From the NCBI RefSeq assembly GCF_009914755.1, contig NC_060942.1: DNA of 64,000 bases. The stretch is one strand, 5' to 3'. The first letter of the stretch is position 1. Each line of letters begins with the position of its first letter. This document shows positions 29,451 to 43,658 of this stretch, piece by piece. The notes beneath the pieces are model-generated. The model was not told where the DNA came from. It did not search any database and saw nothing but the letters and a program-made list of their open reading frames with translations. This DNA is from the human T2T-CHM13v2.0 reference genome, Homo sapiens. The position numbers and the translations under genes were made by a program.

Positions 29451-31073
29451 TTATTGAGTACAATAGCTGAATAACTACAGAAGTACATGGGCTTTTAATG
29501 TATTTCTAGAAAAGTTGATAGATTTTCTGCCTGCACAGACACAGTTACACACACACATGGTCAGACTTATTTCATAGATCCATCTATTTTGGTGATCTGG
29601 AAGTAGGAATATAGTAAAATGCTCTCTCTGTATTAGTCTCATGGGTAATTATTTTCCTCTCATCAGGTTACAGGTATCCCCAGAAATCTTCAGAATACAA
29701 TCTACAGGTGGTGTTTAAATATCCAAAGTCACACGCCAATGCTTTCTTATCCAGTGAGCAAAAAGAAAGCTCAATGGGAACCTTTTGGTAAAACTGATGC
29801 ACAGGGATGACATTATTCTTACAGGTGTGTAACCTAAAGCTTTTACTGGGTTCCATCTATCTGGATTAACAAAGAGCCACATTACAAATGATTCTGTTCC
29901 CTCGGTGATAAAAGAAAAAATTACTGAGAGGGGATATCATGTCATAAGACTAGAATACTAGGTTTAGAGCAATTTGTTCTTCTTTTTTTCAATTATGCAG
30001 TAATGGTATCCACATACTGTATTCAGTCTACAGGCAATGTGATTAGAAAGAAACAAACATAGCCTTTTTTGAAACAAAGAGATGTTATGCATTAATACAT
30101 GAAGTGGTGGTTCTTTTGCTCTAATAAATGCATAGCTGGTGATTCCACCAATGAGCAATTTGTTGGAAATGTTTTATTGGTTATGATTTATGGATGACAA
30201 GTTTGAGTAATTGTTAAGCTTAATTGCACTTAAATGATGGATTTTTTCCTCAGTTGTTTATCTTCAGGGCATGGATGAAAGCAAATGTGTTGGAAAAATG
30301 CAGAGTTCAGTGGTTGCTAAATGAGCTTATTAATGTTTACATATGTAACAATTTAGGCCATTAGTATGTATATGTTGGAATGAGATGACCATCTCATCTC
30401 TCAGTCTGCAGAAATTCCTGCACAAACTATCACTATTTTATTTTTGGATAAACACACAGCTGTTCTATTTCAATTACAAATTCAAGTTGTCCTGAGATTA
30501 ATTTTGTTCTATTTGTGGCTGGTAAAAGTATTTTCAAGAAGAAAATGAAATTACTATACCTATTTGGCATGTACGAGGGCATTAGGTCAAGAGCATCTAG
30601 CCTCTGACAACTCTGGGGAGGGAGAGCAACTGGTCAGATCCCCAAAGACTTGGCCTTATTTCCACAGAATGATTTTCTAGGCAGCCCATTTTACTTGTAA
30701 TACAGAGGGTCAGCAAGGCAAATTTGCCTGCCTTTCCAAAGCCAGAATGAAACACTGACTTTCTAAGCTCTAAAATATTCTTGTTGCCCTTTATTACAGC
30801 TAAATATGATATAGAATCTTGTTATGGACTTTATGTCTGAGGGCACACATGGTTTAAAATTCTCAGGTATGAATACTTGTATAATAGATGGAGCATGAGT
30901 TAGGTTGACCTCTTGCAAAACAAAACAAAACAAAAACAACTTTCTTTCCTCTCATTTTCCCAGTATCTCATTAGCTTTTCAATAAATACTTGTTGCATGA
31001 GTTATAACATTCTTCAAAAATAAGGCTGATACATATGTGCATATATATATTCCAAGATATATTTCGAATATAA

Positions 31074-31760
31074 TGTGCCAGATGCTTTTTGTTGCTAGGA
31101 ACAGAAATTCACTCAGTTGAACTAAGAAATGAGAGATTTATTATAAAGATACATATGAAAATAAGGAAGTAAGGAATTTTGACCATATTTCTGAGTTTTA
31201 TACAAGAGTCTAGAAAAATCTGCACTACTAGGTTTCCAAGAAGAGCAGGTACACTGTTACTGCCAGGTTCTCAAAGACTGGAGCCTGGATTAAAAGCTGG
31301 ACCTCAGGAACTGGGCAGACAGCATTTTAAGATCCATCAGCCCTGGTGACCTGATTATCACATTACCCCTCAAGAGCAGGGCTGATCCTCACCCTAAGGT
31401 TTCATCATCAGGGAGATAGCACAACTCTCCACACTTCTGCTTGTCTGCTCCTACTGTCACTGACTTCTATGACAGGGCTCTCCTGTCTTGTGGTTTCTGC
31501 TTTCTCACAGTTTTTAGTGCTTCATGGACTCTGCTTACTGCATTAAGTCTACAGATGCTCAACTTTATGTTTCTGCACAAATTTCCTGGGATAAAAATAC
31601 GACTGGTTTAGTTAGTCACCAATATTCCAGTTAGGCCACCAGTTATCATATAGATTTGCTACACTTGAGTTACATGCCCAATACTTATCAACTGGCTGTC
31701 ACCAAGTTGATACAAATGACAAACTGTATGACCCCCTAGTGCCAATCTATAGACAAGAGG
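31074..31760. mobile_element. old ERVL/MaLR-type LTR remnant
   Basis: TGCTTTTTGTTGCTAGGAACAGAAATTCACTCA...GATTTATT resembles the ends of old MLT1/LTR33-type LTRs; the extent is uncertain. Confidence 0.4.
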
Positions 31761-31943
31761 CTGGGGACTTTCTAAGTCTCAACCTTTTGCTACAATGTGG
31801 TTTCTCAACTGACTGTGACAATTAGACGTAGGCCAATATTCCAGTACTCATCTTTGTACCTAGTTTTCTAAGAGAAAAGAAGACATGGTTTCCTAAATGT
31901 TATTGCTATGCAATAGCAAAAATTAAGTATCTACAAAAATTAA

Positions 31944-32336
<393 letters not shown>

Positions 32337-32859
32337 GTGAAGCAGCTGTTTACTGCAGTAACACGCTGTTATTTCCTCAAGTTCTTCCAGGTTTCTTCAA
32401 AGTCCATTTCCTTTTCCTCAGAGTTTCAGACTCTGTCCAATTATTACACTCACTCATGCCAAGGACTTGCAGATATAAGAATTATCCTTGATCATATAAG
32501 TCCTGCCCTTGAAGATGCATCCGCCTCGAGCTGTCTTCTTATCCACCTTCTTATCTCTCTTCTTCTGTGGATATGAAGATGATAATGTCTGCTCCAGGAA
32601 CAGTTCTTATGATGTGATTCAGAGGAAGAAATGCATCTACTTCCTTTAACCCATTTACATTTCTGGAAAAAAGTACCATGGTTAAGTCTTCTCTCCAATG
32701 AAATAGAAAATTTTAGCAAAGTCTATAAAACAAAAATCTCTACTAGAAAGCTTATAGTCAAGTCAAAAACCCTCAAAATTTTGAATGCAATTAAACGTTA
32801 ATATATTTTAGTGAAACTATATGATGTATAGTATATATGACATAATGAAATGTAAAAAT

Positions 32860-32975
32860 AATATAGTATGTGTTCAAGCACTTGTAGTTTATAAATATTT
32901 TCATGTGAATTGCTATGTTTCATTCTTGCACCAACTCTATTAAGTGGACAAGAATAATCTCTCTTCAAGGAATGG
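32860..32975 (-). mobile_element. MIR fragment
   Basis: TATGTGTTCAAGCACTTG...TTCATTCTT.CACCAACTCTAT.AAGTGG; appears to continue past the (CA)n as TGAGGCT.ACAGCAGTTAAGTGATTTGTTCAAG. Confidence 0.5.
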
Positions 32976-32984
32976 TACATGTTT

Positions 32985-33015
32985 TACACACACACACACA
33001 CACACAAACACACAC
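32985..33015. repeat. (CA)n microsatellite
   Basis: Imperfect CA run. Confidence 0.9.
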
Positions 33016-33109
33016 GAGCTGAGGCATTTTTTGGATGTGGAGCTGTATGAGGCTGACAGCAGTTAAGTGATTTGTTCAAGTTCATTACAAGAAAAACAGT
33101 AAGTTGGAG

Positions 33110-33330
33110 GGAAAAAAACATAAGCTTTTGAGTGGGTCTGTCTGTGGGTTTAAACCCTACTTTTACACTTTCAAGTTGCAATGACTTTGTGATAGTTACT
33201 AAACATTTCTTAGGAAGTCTCAGTTTTCTGAGATGCAAAATGAGAATTGTTGCAGAGCCATAAAGAAAACAGAGAATGCACATAAAACATACTTAGTAAA
33301 TGGTACATAGGAGGTGCTTGGTAGGTAAAA
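33110..33330 (+). mobile_element. MIR
   Basis: GCTTTTGAGT, GGGTTTAAACCCT, GTCTCAGTTTTCT...TGCAAAATGAGAAT, TGGTACATAG.AGGTGCT. Confidence 0.6.
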
Positions 33331-35542
33331 CTGGAACTTTTGTCTTTTTCTTCAGTGTTCTTCCTACTCCACTGTACTTCAAGAATTAAAAATATCATTT
33401 TTTCAGGGAAAATGAATGAAATTACCAAAAACTGAAGAAGATATGTCTTCATTATCTTTATCCCAAAGCATTTACTTGGCATCCAAAAACATATTCAGAA
33501 CACTGTGCTAGGTAATGGAAAAGTCCTAAGACACCCAGAGAGAGATTGTTTCCTTACTCTCACAGTGGATGAAAAATACTGAGAGGCAAATGAGAGAAGA
33601 TGCCTATGTCAGCTTCCTGCAGCATCAGTCTAAATTATTTTAACAGGCTTTAGTGACCTCAAAATAGCAAGAAAGCCTTAAATGTAAAAGACCTAGATAG
33701 GTGATGGAAGATAGAGACAAACACTGAAATTTCAGCAAGAGATATTATAGATAAATAAGGACAACTTGGCCTCTAAACATCTTCTATTTACTGCACAGTT
33801 CCTGTTAATTTCAGTATCTTTGGGGTACCCTTCTAAGCATTCACACATCTACTCTGAAGCAGGCATTGCTTATAAACAGCCTTCTGTCTGCTGAGCTGTT
33901 TCATGGGGAATTCCTTATCACCAGGGCTGCATTTGAACTGATGAGTCAAGCAAGCTACCTGGTGTATTATCAGTTCCTTCAAACTTGCTCTGAGATGTGT
34001 GACATGTATAGAAAATAAAAACCTAAGACTTTGATCTACAAGGATGCAGCATTTGCTTGGCTCCAGTAAGAAAAAGAATCCTCTAGAAATCCTTAAAAGC
34101 AGACTGGAAAAGGCTGAAGTTCTCTTCTACATTTGCCAAAACTTAGTTAACACCAGCTTTAACTAAAAGAAATATGATAGTCAAAAGACAAACCAATTTA
34201 AATATATTTGAAAGTAAGGCAATATATTCATTACAGTATGGTTTGTATTTGGCATTTAAAAATATCTAACTTCTTTGCCTAGAGAGATGTTTACTATTTC
34301 ATACTATCTTCCTTCTTAAAGTAGACAATTGAAATATGTTTCTCTGTGTGTGTGTGTCTGATCTATAGCCTGTCTGGTCTCCATAGTTTTAATGAGTTTT
34401 CCATTTTTTTTTCTTAAACTCTTCTTGGCTGGTGAAAATTACTCAATACTGCTATCTTAGACTATTTCAACGACATCCCTTGACATCCATATTCCTACCT
34501 CCCTTTTGTAGTTTCTTCTGCTTCATTGTTACCTATTGTCATTACTTTCTCCGAGGCTGAATATCTGTACTAATACCTCCTAAGGTGTTCCGGAATAGTG
34601 AAGCCAATTCTATTTTCTACGTTCAAGCATATTCTTGATCTTAAAAACAAAAAAAGATGAAGAGAAGGAAATTAAATCTCCAGAAGCAACCCACTATCTT
34701 ATGCAACTATTGCCTTCTGTGAGCCAATCTCATTTCCATAACCACCTCCTCTCTTTCCTTTGCACAATGCAAAAGGTAGAGATTTCATGCAATTTTTATG
34801 ACAGTGACTTAGCTCCCCTCACAGCCATCATCAAATCTACAGGTATATTGGAGTGACTCCTGTGCTTTTGCATGCATATTAAGGACTGTGTACAGAACTT
34901 ATTCTAAATTGAAAAATGATGCTTATCTTCTAGTTTCTTCTATTATAGGAATAAAATAGTTATGTTGGCACTTAGAAAAAAAGTTCAAAAAAAGCATCCT
35001 AGGCATATACATTTTGCATGTGATTAATGTGAGGACTTCTTATCAAAGTTATATCTATTAAATCTCTCAAGAATTCCTTAATTTTGTTTCTTTTTAATTT
35101 GTGCAAGCTGGATAGATCACATTTAAAATTTTACCAAAATAAGTTCAAGACTCAAGAACTCGATCCATTGTTGCCAATTGTTCTGTGTAGTATGTGTTCA
35201 AAGTACAAAATAATATTAACACTAATTTGGATTCAAATGATCTTTCTCCACAAGGCAAATGACATTTTAAGACATATTCTGGGAGCTGGATCTTCTGTTT
35301 AGATGCTGCTAATAGGGAGACAACAGCTGAGAAACGTGCATCACCATTGACTGAAGGATATGGGTGTGGGAAACCCTTTTTTCAAATGAGTAATTCATTG
35401 AAGTTTAAGGGAACAAATTTATTGTCCATAGGGTACAAGAGAGAAGAGAGCTGTCTATAAACTGTTTTTTTTTCTGAGGGCCTCTTGCTTTTTTTCTGAG
35501 GGCCACCTTCCCAAACCTGGAGATGAACTGTCATGGGTGGCT

Positions 35543-36870
35543 GAGATAAAATTCACATAAAATATATCCTTCTAAAGTAGACCATTCAGTGGTTTTTAGT
35601 ATATTCACCAAGTTTTGCAACCATCACTGCTATCTAATTGCAGAACATCTTCATCTCCCTAAAGAGAACACCATACCTATTAGTAGTCAGACTCATTCCC
35701 ACCACCTCTCACCACCCCAGTCCCTCTTCTACTAATCTACTCTGTCTTTACAGATTTGACGATTCTGGACATTTTATATGTACAGGATTATAAAATATGT
35801 GGCCTTTAAAATATTTGCTAGAAGTTTTTATTGAAATAATCATAGATTCAAATGCCATTTTACAGAGAGGTCATATGTACCCTTTACCCTGTTTCCCCCA
35901 ATGGTATCATCTTACATCACCATAGCACAATATTATAACCAGGATATCGACATTTGATACAACCTGTCAATCTTATTCCGACTTCCAGTTTTACTTGTAC
36001 TCCTTTGTGTGTGTTGTGCACTCCCATGAATTTAATTCTAAAAAATATTGTTACATGTGTAGGTTTGTGTATCCATCACTACAGTCAAGATACAGAAAAA
36101 TTTCAACATCATAAAGATCCTTGTGTTCTTGTGTGGCCCTTTGATGTGCCTGCCTTCTACCATCCCTAGCCTCTCGCAACCACTAAACCGATCTCCATTT
36201 CTAAACCTTTGTTTTTCAATGCTATATAAATGGAATCAAACATTATTTAATCTTATGGGATTGACTTTTTTTTGCTTATCATAATTTCCCAGAGACCATC
36301 CAGGTGGTTACATGTATCAGTAGTTCAGTCCTGTCTATTACTAAGTAACAGTCTGTGACAAATACCACAGTTTGTTTAACCATTCACCCACTGAACGACA
36401 TCTGGATGATTTCAGGTCTTTGGCTATTGTGAATAAAGCTACTGTGAGCATTTCCATATATTTTTGTATGTGTGTGAATACAAGCTTTATTTATCTGGGA
36501 TAAATGCCTAAGAATGCAATTACTGGGTGATTTGCTAATTGCATGTAAATTTCCTAAGAAATTGCCACACTGTTTTCCAGGGTGGTTATACCATTTTACA
36601 TTCACATCAGCAGTGTATAGGTGATCCAGTTTCTCTTCACCCTCACCAAGATTTCATGCTGTTACTATTTTTTTTATTTTAGCTATTCTGGTAAGTAGGT
36701 AGTGAATATGTGGACTTTGTGACTGGCTTATTTCACCTAGCACAACATTTTCAAGGTTCAGCTATGTTGTGGCGTGCTTTAGTAGTTCATTCCTTTTTGC
36801 CACCAAATAATGTCCTACTGTATGGATATACCACATTTGGTTTACCCATTTGTGAATTAATGGAAAAATA
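35543..36870 (-). mobile_element. L1MB-like 3' fragment split by a nested L1
   Basis: TTCAGTGGTTTTTAGTATATTCAC..AGTT.TGCAACCATCAC at left; resumes at 36705 with TTTGTGACTGGCTT.TTTCAC.TAGCA.AA..TTTTCAAGGTTCA. Confidence 0.85.
35808..36704 (-). mobile_element. L1MC-like 5'-truncated insertion nested in the L1MB
   Basis: TTTTATTGAAATAAT..TAGATTCA.ATGC, TGTACCCTTTACCC.GTTTCCCCCAATGGTA.CATCTT; flanked by AATATGTGG(C/A)CTTT. Confidence 0.85.
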
Positions 36871-37284
36871 TGTTTAGTAGCAGGAAAAATGTTTTCAATT
36901 TTTTTTCATATTAGGATATTATTTATGTCTAACATCTATTATTAAAACTATCAGGCACTGTATTAGATATTTGATGTGTGTTTTCTGATAGAGGTTACAT
37001 AACAACTCTAAGATCCAAGACTTGATGGGTAAACTGGAAACTCACATATTAAATCAAGCATATGAAAAAATAATAAATTTGTTAAGAATACTTATTTAAC
37101 TTGGCCAAGTCAGTTTTGAGAACAAAATTTTAATACCTCCATTTCCCTACAGACCCCAACATAAGCTTCCTTACCTGTCATTAGATTAATTCACACATTT
37201 TGGCCAGCTTGCCCTAATGAGAAATTTGCATTTCCCAGACCCTCCCTATGGTCTAAGTCATCTTACATATAAAGAAATTAAGAT

Positions 37285-37390
37285 GTATTCATTTATTGCG
37301 CAAATATTTACTGAGAGTCTAATGTACATTAGGCCCGCAGTAGGTGCTGTGATTCAGAAAGACTAACATAGCTAAGGTCACAAATTTAGC
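37285..37390 (-). mobile_element. L2 3' end fragment
   Basis: ATTCATTTATT...CAAATATTTACTGAGAGTCTA.TGT...AGGC..GCAGTAGGTGCTG. Confidence 0.6.
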
Positions 37391-38519
37391 AAAGCAATGA
37401 TTTAATACCACCTTGCAGATTGAGAGTAAAATTTTATTTTTAATACTTATTTTCTCTGGATCCTAATTAAAGCAATCCAGGGAAATATTTTAAAGTACTT
37501 CATTAGGGATCTTTAATTTTTTTACATAAGTGAACTATTAGGCATTATTTTGAAAACATAATTTCTACTTAGCTTGTCAAATGCATCCTATTATTTAACT
37601 TTACAGGGAAAGAATCCAATAGCCAACCTACCTGGCATATTGGCTTCCCATTGTAACTTTTGTCCAACCTTATTATGTATAGCTGGAATACAGATATTGA
37701 GCACAATATATCATTAAGTCACTAATAAACTTCAGTTGCCCCTTTACCACTTTCCCCCATCTCCCCCTGTCAATGAGTAATTTATCTCCAGCAGCAATAT
37801 GCATAAGTTGTCTTTGAAAAGGTGGGACATGGCATTATCAGTCACTGCATGAACGAGTTATAGCCAGCTCCATCATGGAAGAGAACAGATGATTACAATC
37901 AATAATCAATCAAAGAACCAGTGACAGTAATCATACATCACTTTCCACTGTGGAATCTTCACTCACTCAAAGCTTAGTAATGCAAAATCCACTTTCTGGG
38001 TATATTGGTGCCTTGCCTTTGTCCTGAATCTGCTCCTGGTTTGGAATAAGCCTGGAACGTGGAGCACTCCTACTTGGATTTCACCCTTTTGGGAAGGTTA
38101 GCAACAGTAGAGCCAAACTGAACGTGAGAGAAGAAAAGAACAATTGTTGTAATCCTTGCCTAAGTCCTTATTACTCATTGTATCCCATTTTGTATACAGC
38201 TAAGGCTGCACTGGCTAAATCTTTGTAGAATATCTCTTGTTAATCAAGTGTATGCATTTTGTGAAGCTTGTGGGCAGACATTTTATAACTAGACGTGTAA
38301 ATCATGTCCAGTAAAATATACTGTCCAATAAAAGGTATAATCTCCATAAAACCAGAATTAATTGGGAAAATTGTCTGGGAGGTTTATTGGAAAGCAAATG
38401 ATTTTGCAAAACACTAAAATAATTATTTAAGGGAAACAATATTTAAAAATACAAAAGCCATTCTATTTGAAATAAAAATAATATATTCTGAGAAAATTGA
38501 TGCATGGGGATTTTCTAAA

Positions 38520-39110
38520 CTCATACATTCAACACCCATTTGCTTAGCACTCATTAAGCAGTGGGAAAACATAGATCTCTGCCCTTAAGGAACAAAATAT
38601 CTGTTATAAGAAAAGAGCCAAAGCCTGATTACACAGTGCAGAGTGCTCAAGGCTGTAAGAGAGTTTGTTCAAAATGCTTTGGGAGCACAGAGGAGGAAAT
38701 ACAACAACCTGAGGGAGTCTGGAATCTTCCATGAGAAGGTAGCTTTTACACTGAGAATGGAAGAAAAGTGGTGAAAGGTCATTTCAAACACAAGATCAGA
38801 CAGACGCTGAGATGGGGTAGGAGAACAAAAAAGCATGGCATTTTCAAGCAACAAAGTGTGTGGCTAGAAAGTAGAGGAAGGGAACGGGGCTACTTGCGGG
38901 AGGAACAGTGATATGTGGGGGGAAGGAGGAAATGGAACCATGTGGGTATATGTCGGAGCCAGATTGTAAAAGGTCTCATATACCAGGCTTTCCTAGAGGG
39001 GAAGTGAATAGACCAACTTGGCACTTCAAGAACCACTTGGTCCTGACCACAGACATGGAGAAAAGACAAAAATGGGAAGCTGCGGACAGATGGACTAAGT
39101 AGGCTGCTGC
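38520..39110 (-). mobile_element. L2 fragment
   Basis: CATTCAACA..CATTT.CT.AGCAC, TCTCTGCCCTTAAGGA, GGGAGCACAGAGGAGG, GGAGCCAGATTGTA.AAGG.CT. Confidence 0.6.
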
Positions 39111-40589
39111 TCCTAAGTTAGGCATTTTGCTCGGTGCAACTTTCTAATTTCTTCCAAAAAAGGACTTTTAGAGATATAGGCTTCACCAGACATGTCTTTC
39201 CTCACAGATCCAAAGAAAAATTACCAAACTGGGAGCAAGACACAGTTTTATCAGCATAAAAATTCTCAGTAAATCTCAAGGTATCAATCATATGAAAACA
39301 TCAGTGTTTCTCAGGAAGAGGTGGCCTCCATCCTAGATCTCTAAACAGGGCTCTCAATCTTCAAGAAAGGCAAGGCAAAAGTTGCTATGTTTGATTTAAT
39401 CACATACCTAAACCTTCCAAAATGAGTTTGGCAAAACCCCAAATTCCATCTATCCCCTAGGACATGTCGCCCTTTTCTTCAAGCTAGCGTGACTTTTCCT
39501 TAAATTTTAATATTGAAATTGCTCTTATTTGAAGGATCCTTTCAATATTTTTATGCAAGAAGCTTAATTCCTAAGAAGACTCTGATAAATTTTTGCAGAG
39601 AAGTTTGGATCTTTTAAAATGATCTCTTTAAAGTTCTGTATTGTGGCCAATTATATTCTTTCTGAGAACCAGTTTAGTTATTATTTTCTTCATGGAAGGT
39701 TTAGACTCAGTGCAGTGCCTTTTTTATTTTAATCATCCTTAAAGAAATAGAAAATGTTAATAAGAGAGTGCAGGGAGCTAGTGCTGTTAAAGTGGCAGGC
39801 TATTGGATTTGATTATTTTTGTACCAGAGAGTTTAATTGTGAACTCTGATTTTTCTTCATCTGTTTGATGATGAAAGTTCTCTCTAGGTCCTTATCTTAT
39901 CATGAGTAAAACATCTCACATCTAGAGGACAAACAGAAACTGAAAACAATAAGTTGCTGTGCTTTTGCTTCAGGAAATAAATAAATAAATGCAGTAATAA
40001 GTTAACAAATGGATAAAGTAATATTTAAAATCTCCTTTATGATATATTTAGACTTGGGCTGCAAAACATAAACAAGAAACTGTTGGGAAGAATTTTGAAA
40101 TTATTAGCTTTCATAGGTTCTAAAATTAGGCTGTTGTGGGATGGGTTTTTGGAAATTAAGCTTTTTCAAAATGATGTTTTCCATTCAATGTTGGAAAGTA
40201 AACACAGCGCCTGTTGAGGCTGCTGCCTGGAGGCAAACACATAGTTAGCTGAAATCTTCCTGGATATAAATATCTCCTGGGATTTCTAACTTGGAGGCTT
40301 AAAATTACAGTCTAGGGGAGGCAGCTACAGTCCACAGCATGTACACATTTTTGGACCTCCTATAGCCAGCTTGTCTCACCAACTATTACAAGCAGAAAAA
40401 AAAGAAAACAATGACGACGAATGAAAGGAAATAACACAAAGAGAACAAAGATGCAGATTCCAAGAGAAAATGGCATATGGCTCTTCACTGTCTGTCAATG
40501 CAGAGTATTTAACGACCATTGAGAGATTGTAATTATGCCTCATGCCACTTGTCTAAAGCCAGCCAATGATGTCCCCATGTTTTATATCT

Positions 40590-41420
40590 CCCCCCATATC
40601 TTAAAGTCCTATTTTGCCTCTCTGATCAAGTACAGCTCTTTTCCATGATTACTAGAATTTTCTGTCTTCTGTCCTTCCCTGCAGGATTAATTTTTCTTGC
40701 CTATAATTCAAATGTTACACTTTTTGTTTAGGCTCTAGCTGTGGCTACCTAACAGAACTTCCTACCCTGGATTCCACCTGTGCATGAACCATCACAAAGA
40801 GGATCTTTCTAAAACATTCCATTCCAGCATGTAAACAACTGTTGGATTTGGCACCTCATCCATCCTCAGCTTGGCATCAGACCTCTACACCTGTATCCCA
40901 ATCTTCCTCCGAAGTCTCCCAGTAGTCTTGCCTGCTTACCTCCAACTACCATCACACAACTTGGGGCTCTGAAATTTAATAGCTTTCTGCTGCCTTTCTG
41001 CCTTCTTCACAGTACTAAGTCAACCTCAACTTTCCAAAAAATTATTTCTATCCTTTTAAAATCCTACCTATTGTAACATTCTCTTCTCTCCTCCAACCCA
41101 CTGCAATTTATTTTTACTTCTCTGAACATCATAATATATTACTGTTACAGTAAGACAATACACACACATAACCACACAAACGCTTTCACTAATATCTATA
41201 AACTCTTTCCTGATGTACCCTGTTCAAACTTTATTTCTTTCTTTTCTAGTCTGGCCACATTTTGTCTCTATTATTTAGTACATAATAAATCCTGCCTTAT
41301 TATTTGGTAGGTTTTGTCTATCTCCTTCCATTCCTCCTTGCTCCAGACTGGATACAGTTCAGGATACCATGTGAATCTTCCTTATCTTCCTATCTCCAGT
41401 AGCCCTTTCACAGGGCCAGC
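40590..41420 (+). mobile_element. L2 fragments (degraded)
   Basis: Pyrimidine-rich with GATCTTTCTAAAAC, CAGCTTGGCATC, CTCCAGACTG...CAGGATACCATGT; boundaries uncertain. Confidence 0.4.
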
Positions 41421-42074
41421 CTTGCTATCCTAACACCTCTTCAGAGAGCTGTGTCCCTACTACAGTGTCCTGCTTTTCTTAATATAATTTTCTCTCTAGT
41501 GTTTTCTTACAAACATGTTTTTTTTTCTTTTAACCTTGATTGCAAATTCTTCTGCAGCAGAAGTTATCTGTTCTCCTTTTGTACTTTCCCACAGAGCTGT
41601 ACAAAATATCAGCCACAAAGTAGAATTTGAATACAGTGTATGAAATGAATAAATAAATGAATGAGTGAATAATGTGTGGTGGATGACATGGCCTCGGTAC
41701 TGAGGTTGGTTAGCTGGTCTGAGGCTGATAGACATGTGAGTAAAAATAATAAAATTAGCCTCTTGTTCTTTCCAGATGGAAAGGAGTCTGGTTGCAGTGA
41801 TTACATGTTAATCAGCAATTTGGGTTTGGATGTTTGTTAGAACATGAACTGGCATTGGGATTTCATTGTCTCTGAGTCAATGTACATTTTGAGTTTCTTC
41901 TTCAATTCAAGATTTTGTGGGGCTTAATTTAAACTGTAGTTAACTTGGAACCATAGAGAGATATTTTAAGATTTAATGAATTTCTAGGTAAAGTTCTCAG
42001 AGTTACTGAATGAAATATCCTCTACCAAGATCTAAGAGGGAGTTCAAGGTAAATCCATGAAAAAAAAAATAAGC

Positions 42075-42660
42075 TTGATTCAAGATTTACAGGAGATCTA
42101 TTGTTCCAGGAGTCCCCAAACCCCCAGGCCGTGGACTAGTATTGGTCCATGGCATGTTAAGAACTGAGCCACACAGCAGGAGGTGAGTGCAGGCCAGTGA
42201 GCATTACCACCTGAGCTCCGCCTCCTCTCAGATCAGTGGCAGCATTAGATTCTCATAGGAGTACAACCCCTATTGTGAACTGCACATGCAAGGGATCCAG
42301 GTTGAGTGCATCTTATGAGAATCTAATGCCTGATGATCTGAAGTGGAACGGTTTCATCCTGAATCCATGCCCCCGGCCCATCCCATGGAAAAAATTGTCT
42401 TCCATGAAGCCAGTCTCTGGTACCAATTATATTTGGAACTGCTGTATTATACAACATAATGATGTAGTTAATAACAATGTATTCTGGAAAATTGCTTAGA
42501 GAGTAGACTTTGAGTATTCTCACCACAAAAACAGGATAACTATGCAAGATAATACATGTATTAGTTAGCTCAATTTAGCCATTCCACAAAACATGTTATA
42601 CATGATAAATATGTATAAATTTTATTTGTCAATTAAAAATAAACAACAACAACAAAAAAA
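42075..42660 (+). mobile_element. L1MA-like 3' end, interrupted by MER1B
   Basis: GGAGATCTATTGT / ACAACAT..TGA.TAGTTAATAACAATGTATT, AAATTGCT.AGAGAGTAGA.TTT.AGT.TTCTCACCACAAAAA, TTGTCAATTAAAAATAAA. Confidence 0.85.
42107..42444. mobile_element. MER1B hAT-Charlie element
   Basis: CAGG.GTCCCCAA.CCCC, CACAGCAGGAGGTGAG, GCATTAGATTCTCATAGGAG, TTATGAGAATCTAATGCCTGATGATCTG; 8-bp flanks TATTGTTC/TATTATAC. Confidence 0.9.
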
Positions 42661-42903
42661 CCCACAAAATTTAGGTATCACTAGGTAAAGATCAGTGGGA
42701 AATCCTGCTAATTCCAGTAGAATTGGAATTCTGAAAGCTGTATTCATGTTTTTCTGGTTGTGCCATGTGATGTTCAGTGGCATTATCTTGATACAGTAGA
42801 ATGATTCCTAGATCATATCTCAATGTTGGGTTTTTTCATTTTCTTTAAATGTACACTCTAGGACATTAATATCTCTCTGGATATCAAAACTTTATCATTG
42901 CTT

Positions 42904-43185
42904 GGCCTGGAGCAGTGTCTTATGCCCATAATCCAAGCACCTTGGGAGGCTGAGGCCAGATAATTGCTTAAGGCCAGGAGTTAGAAACCATCCTGGGCAA
43001 TATAGCAAGGCCTTGTCTCTAAAAAAAATTTTTTTAAATAATGATGTGCACCTGTAGTCATAGCTACTTGGGAGACTAAGGTGGGAGGGTCACTTGAGCC
43101 CAAGAGTTTGAGGCTACAGTGAGCTATGATGGCATCACTGTACTCTAGCCCCAGTGACAGAGCAAGACCCTGACTCAAAAAAAAA
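42904..43185 (+). mobile_element. AluJ-like element
   Basis: Diverged dimer with J-type CTGGGCAATATAGCAAG and TTGAGGCTACAGTGAGCTATGAT. Confidence 0.93.
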
Positions 43186-43288
43186 CCATATTTTAAAAAT
43201 TATTGTCCCTTTTTATTGACATTGCTTTGTCTTTTGTTTAAAAGTCATTCAATTTTAGTGGCATCAAAGCATTTGATATTCAGTATAG

Positions 43289-43658
<370 letters not shown>

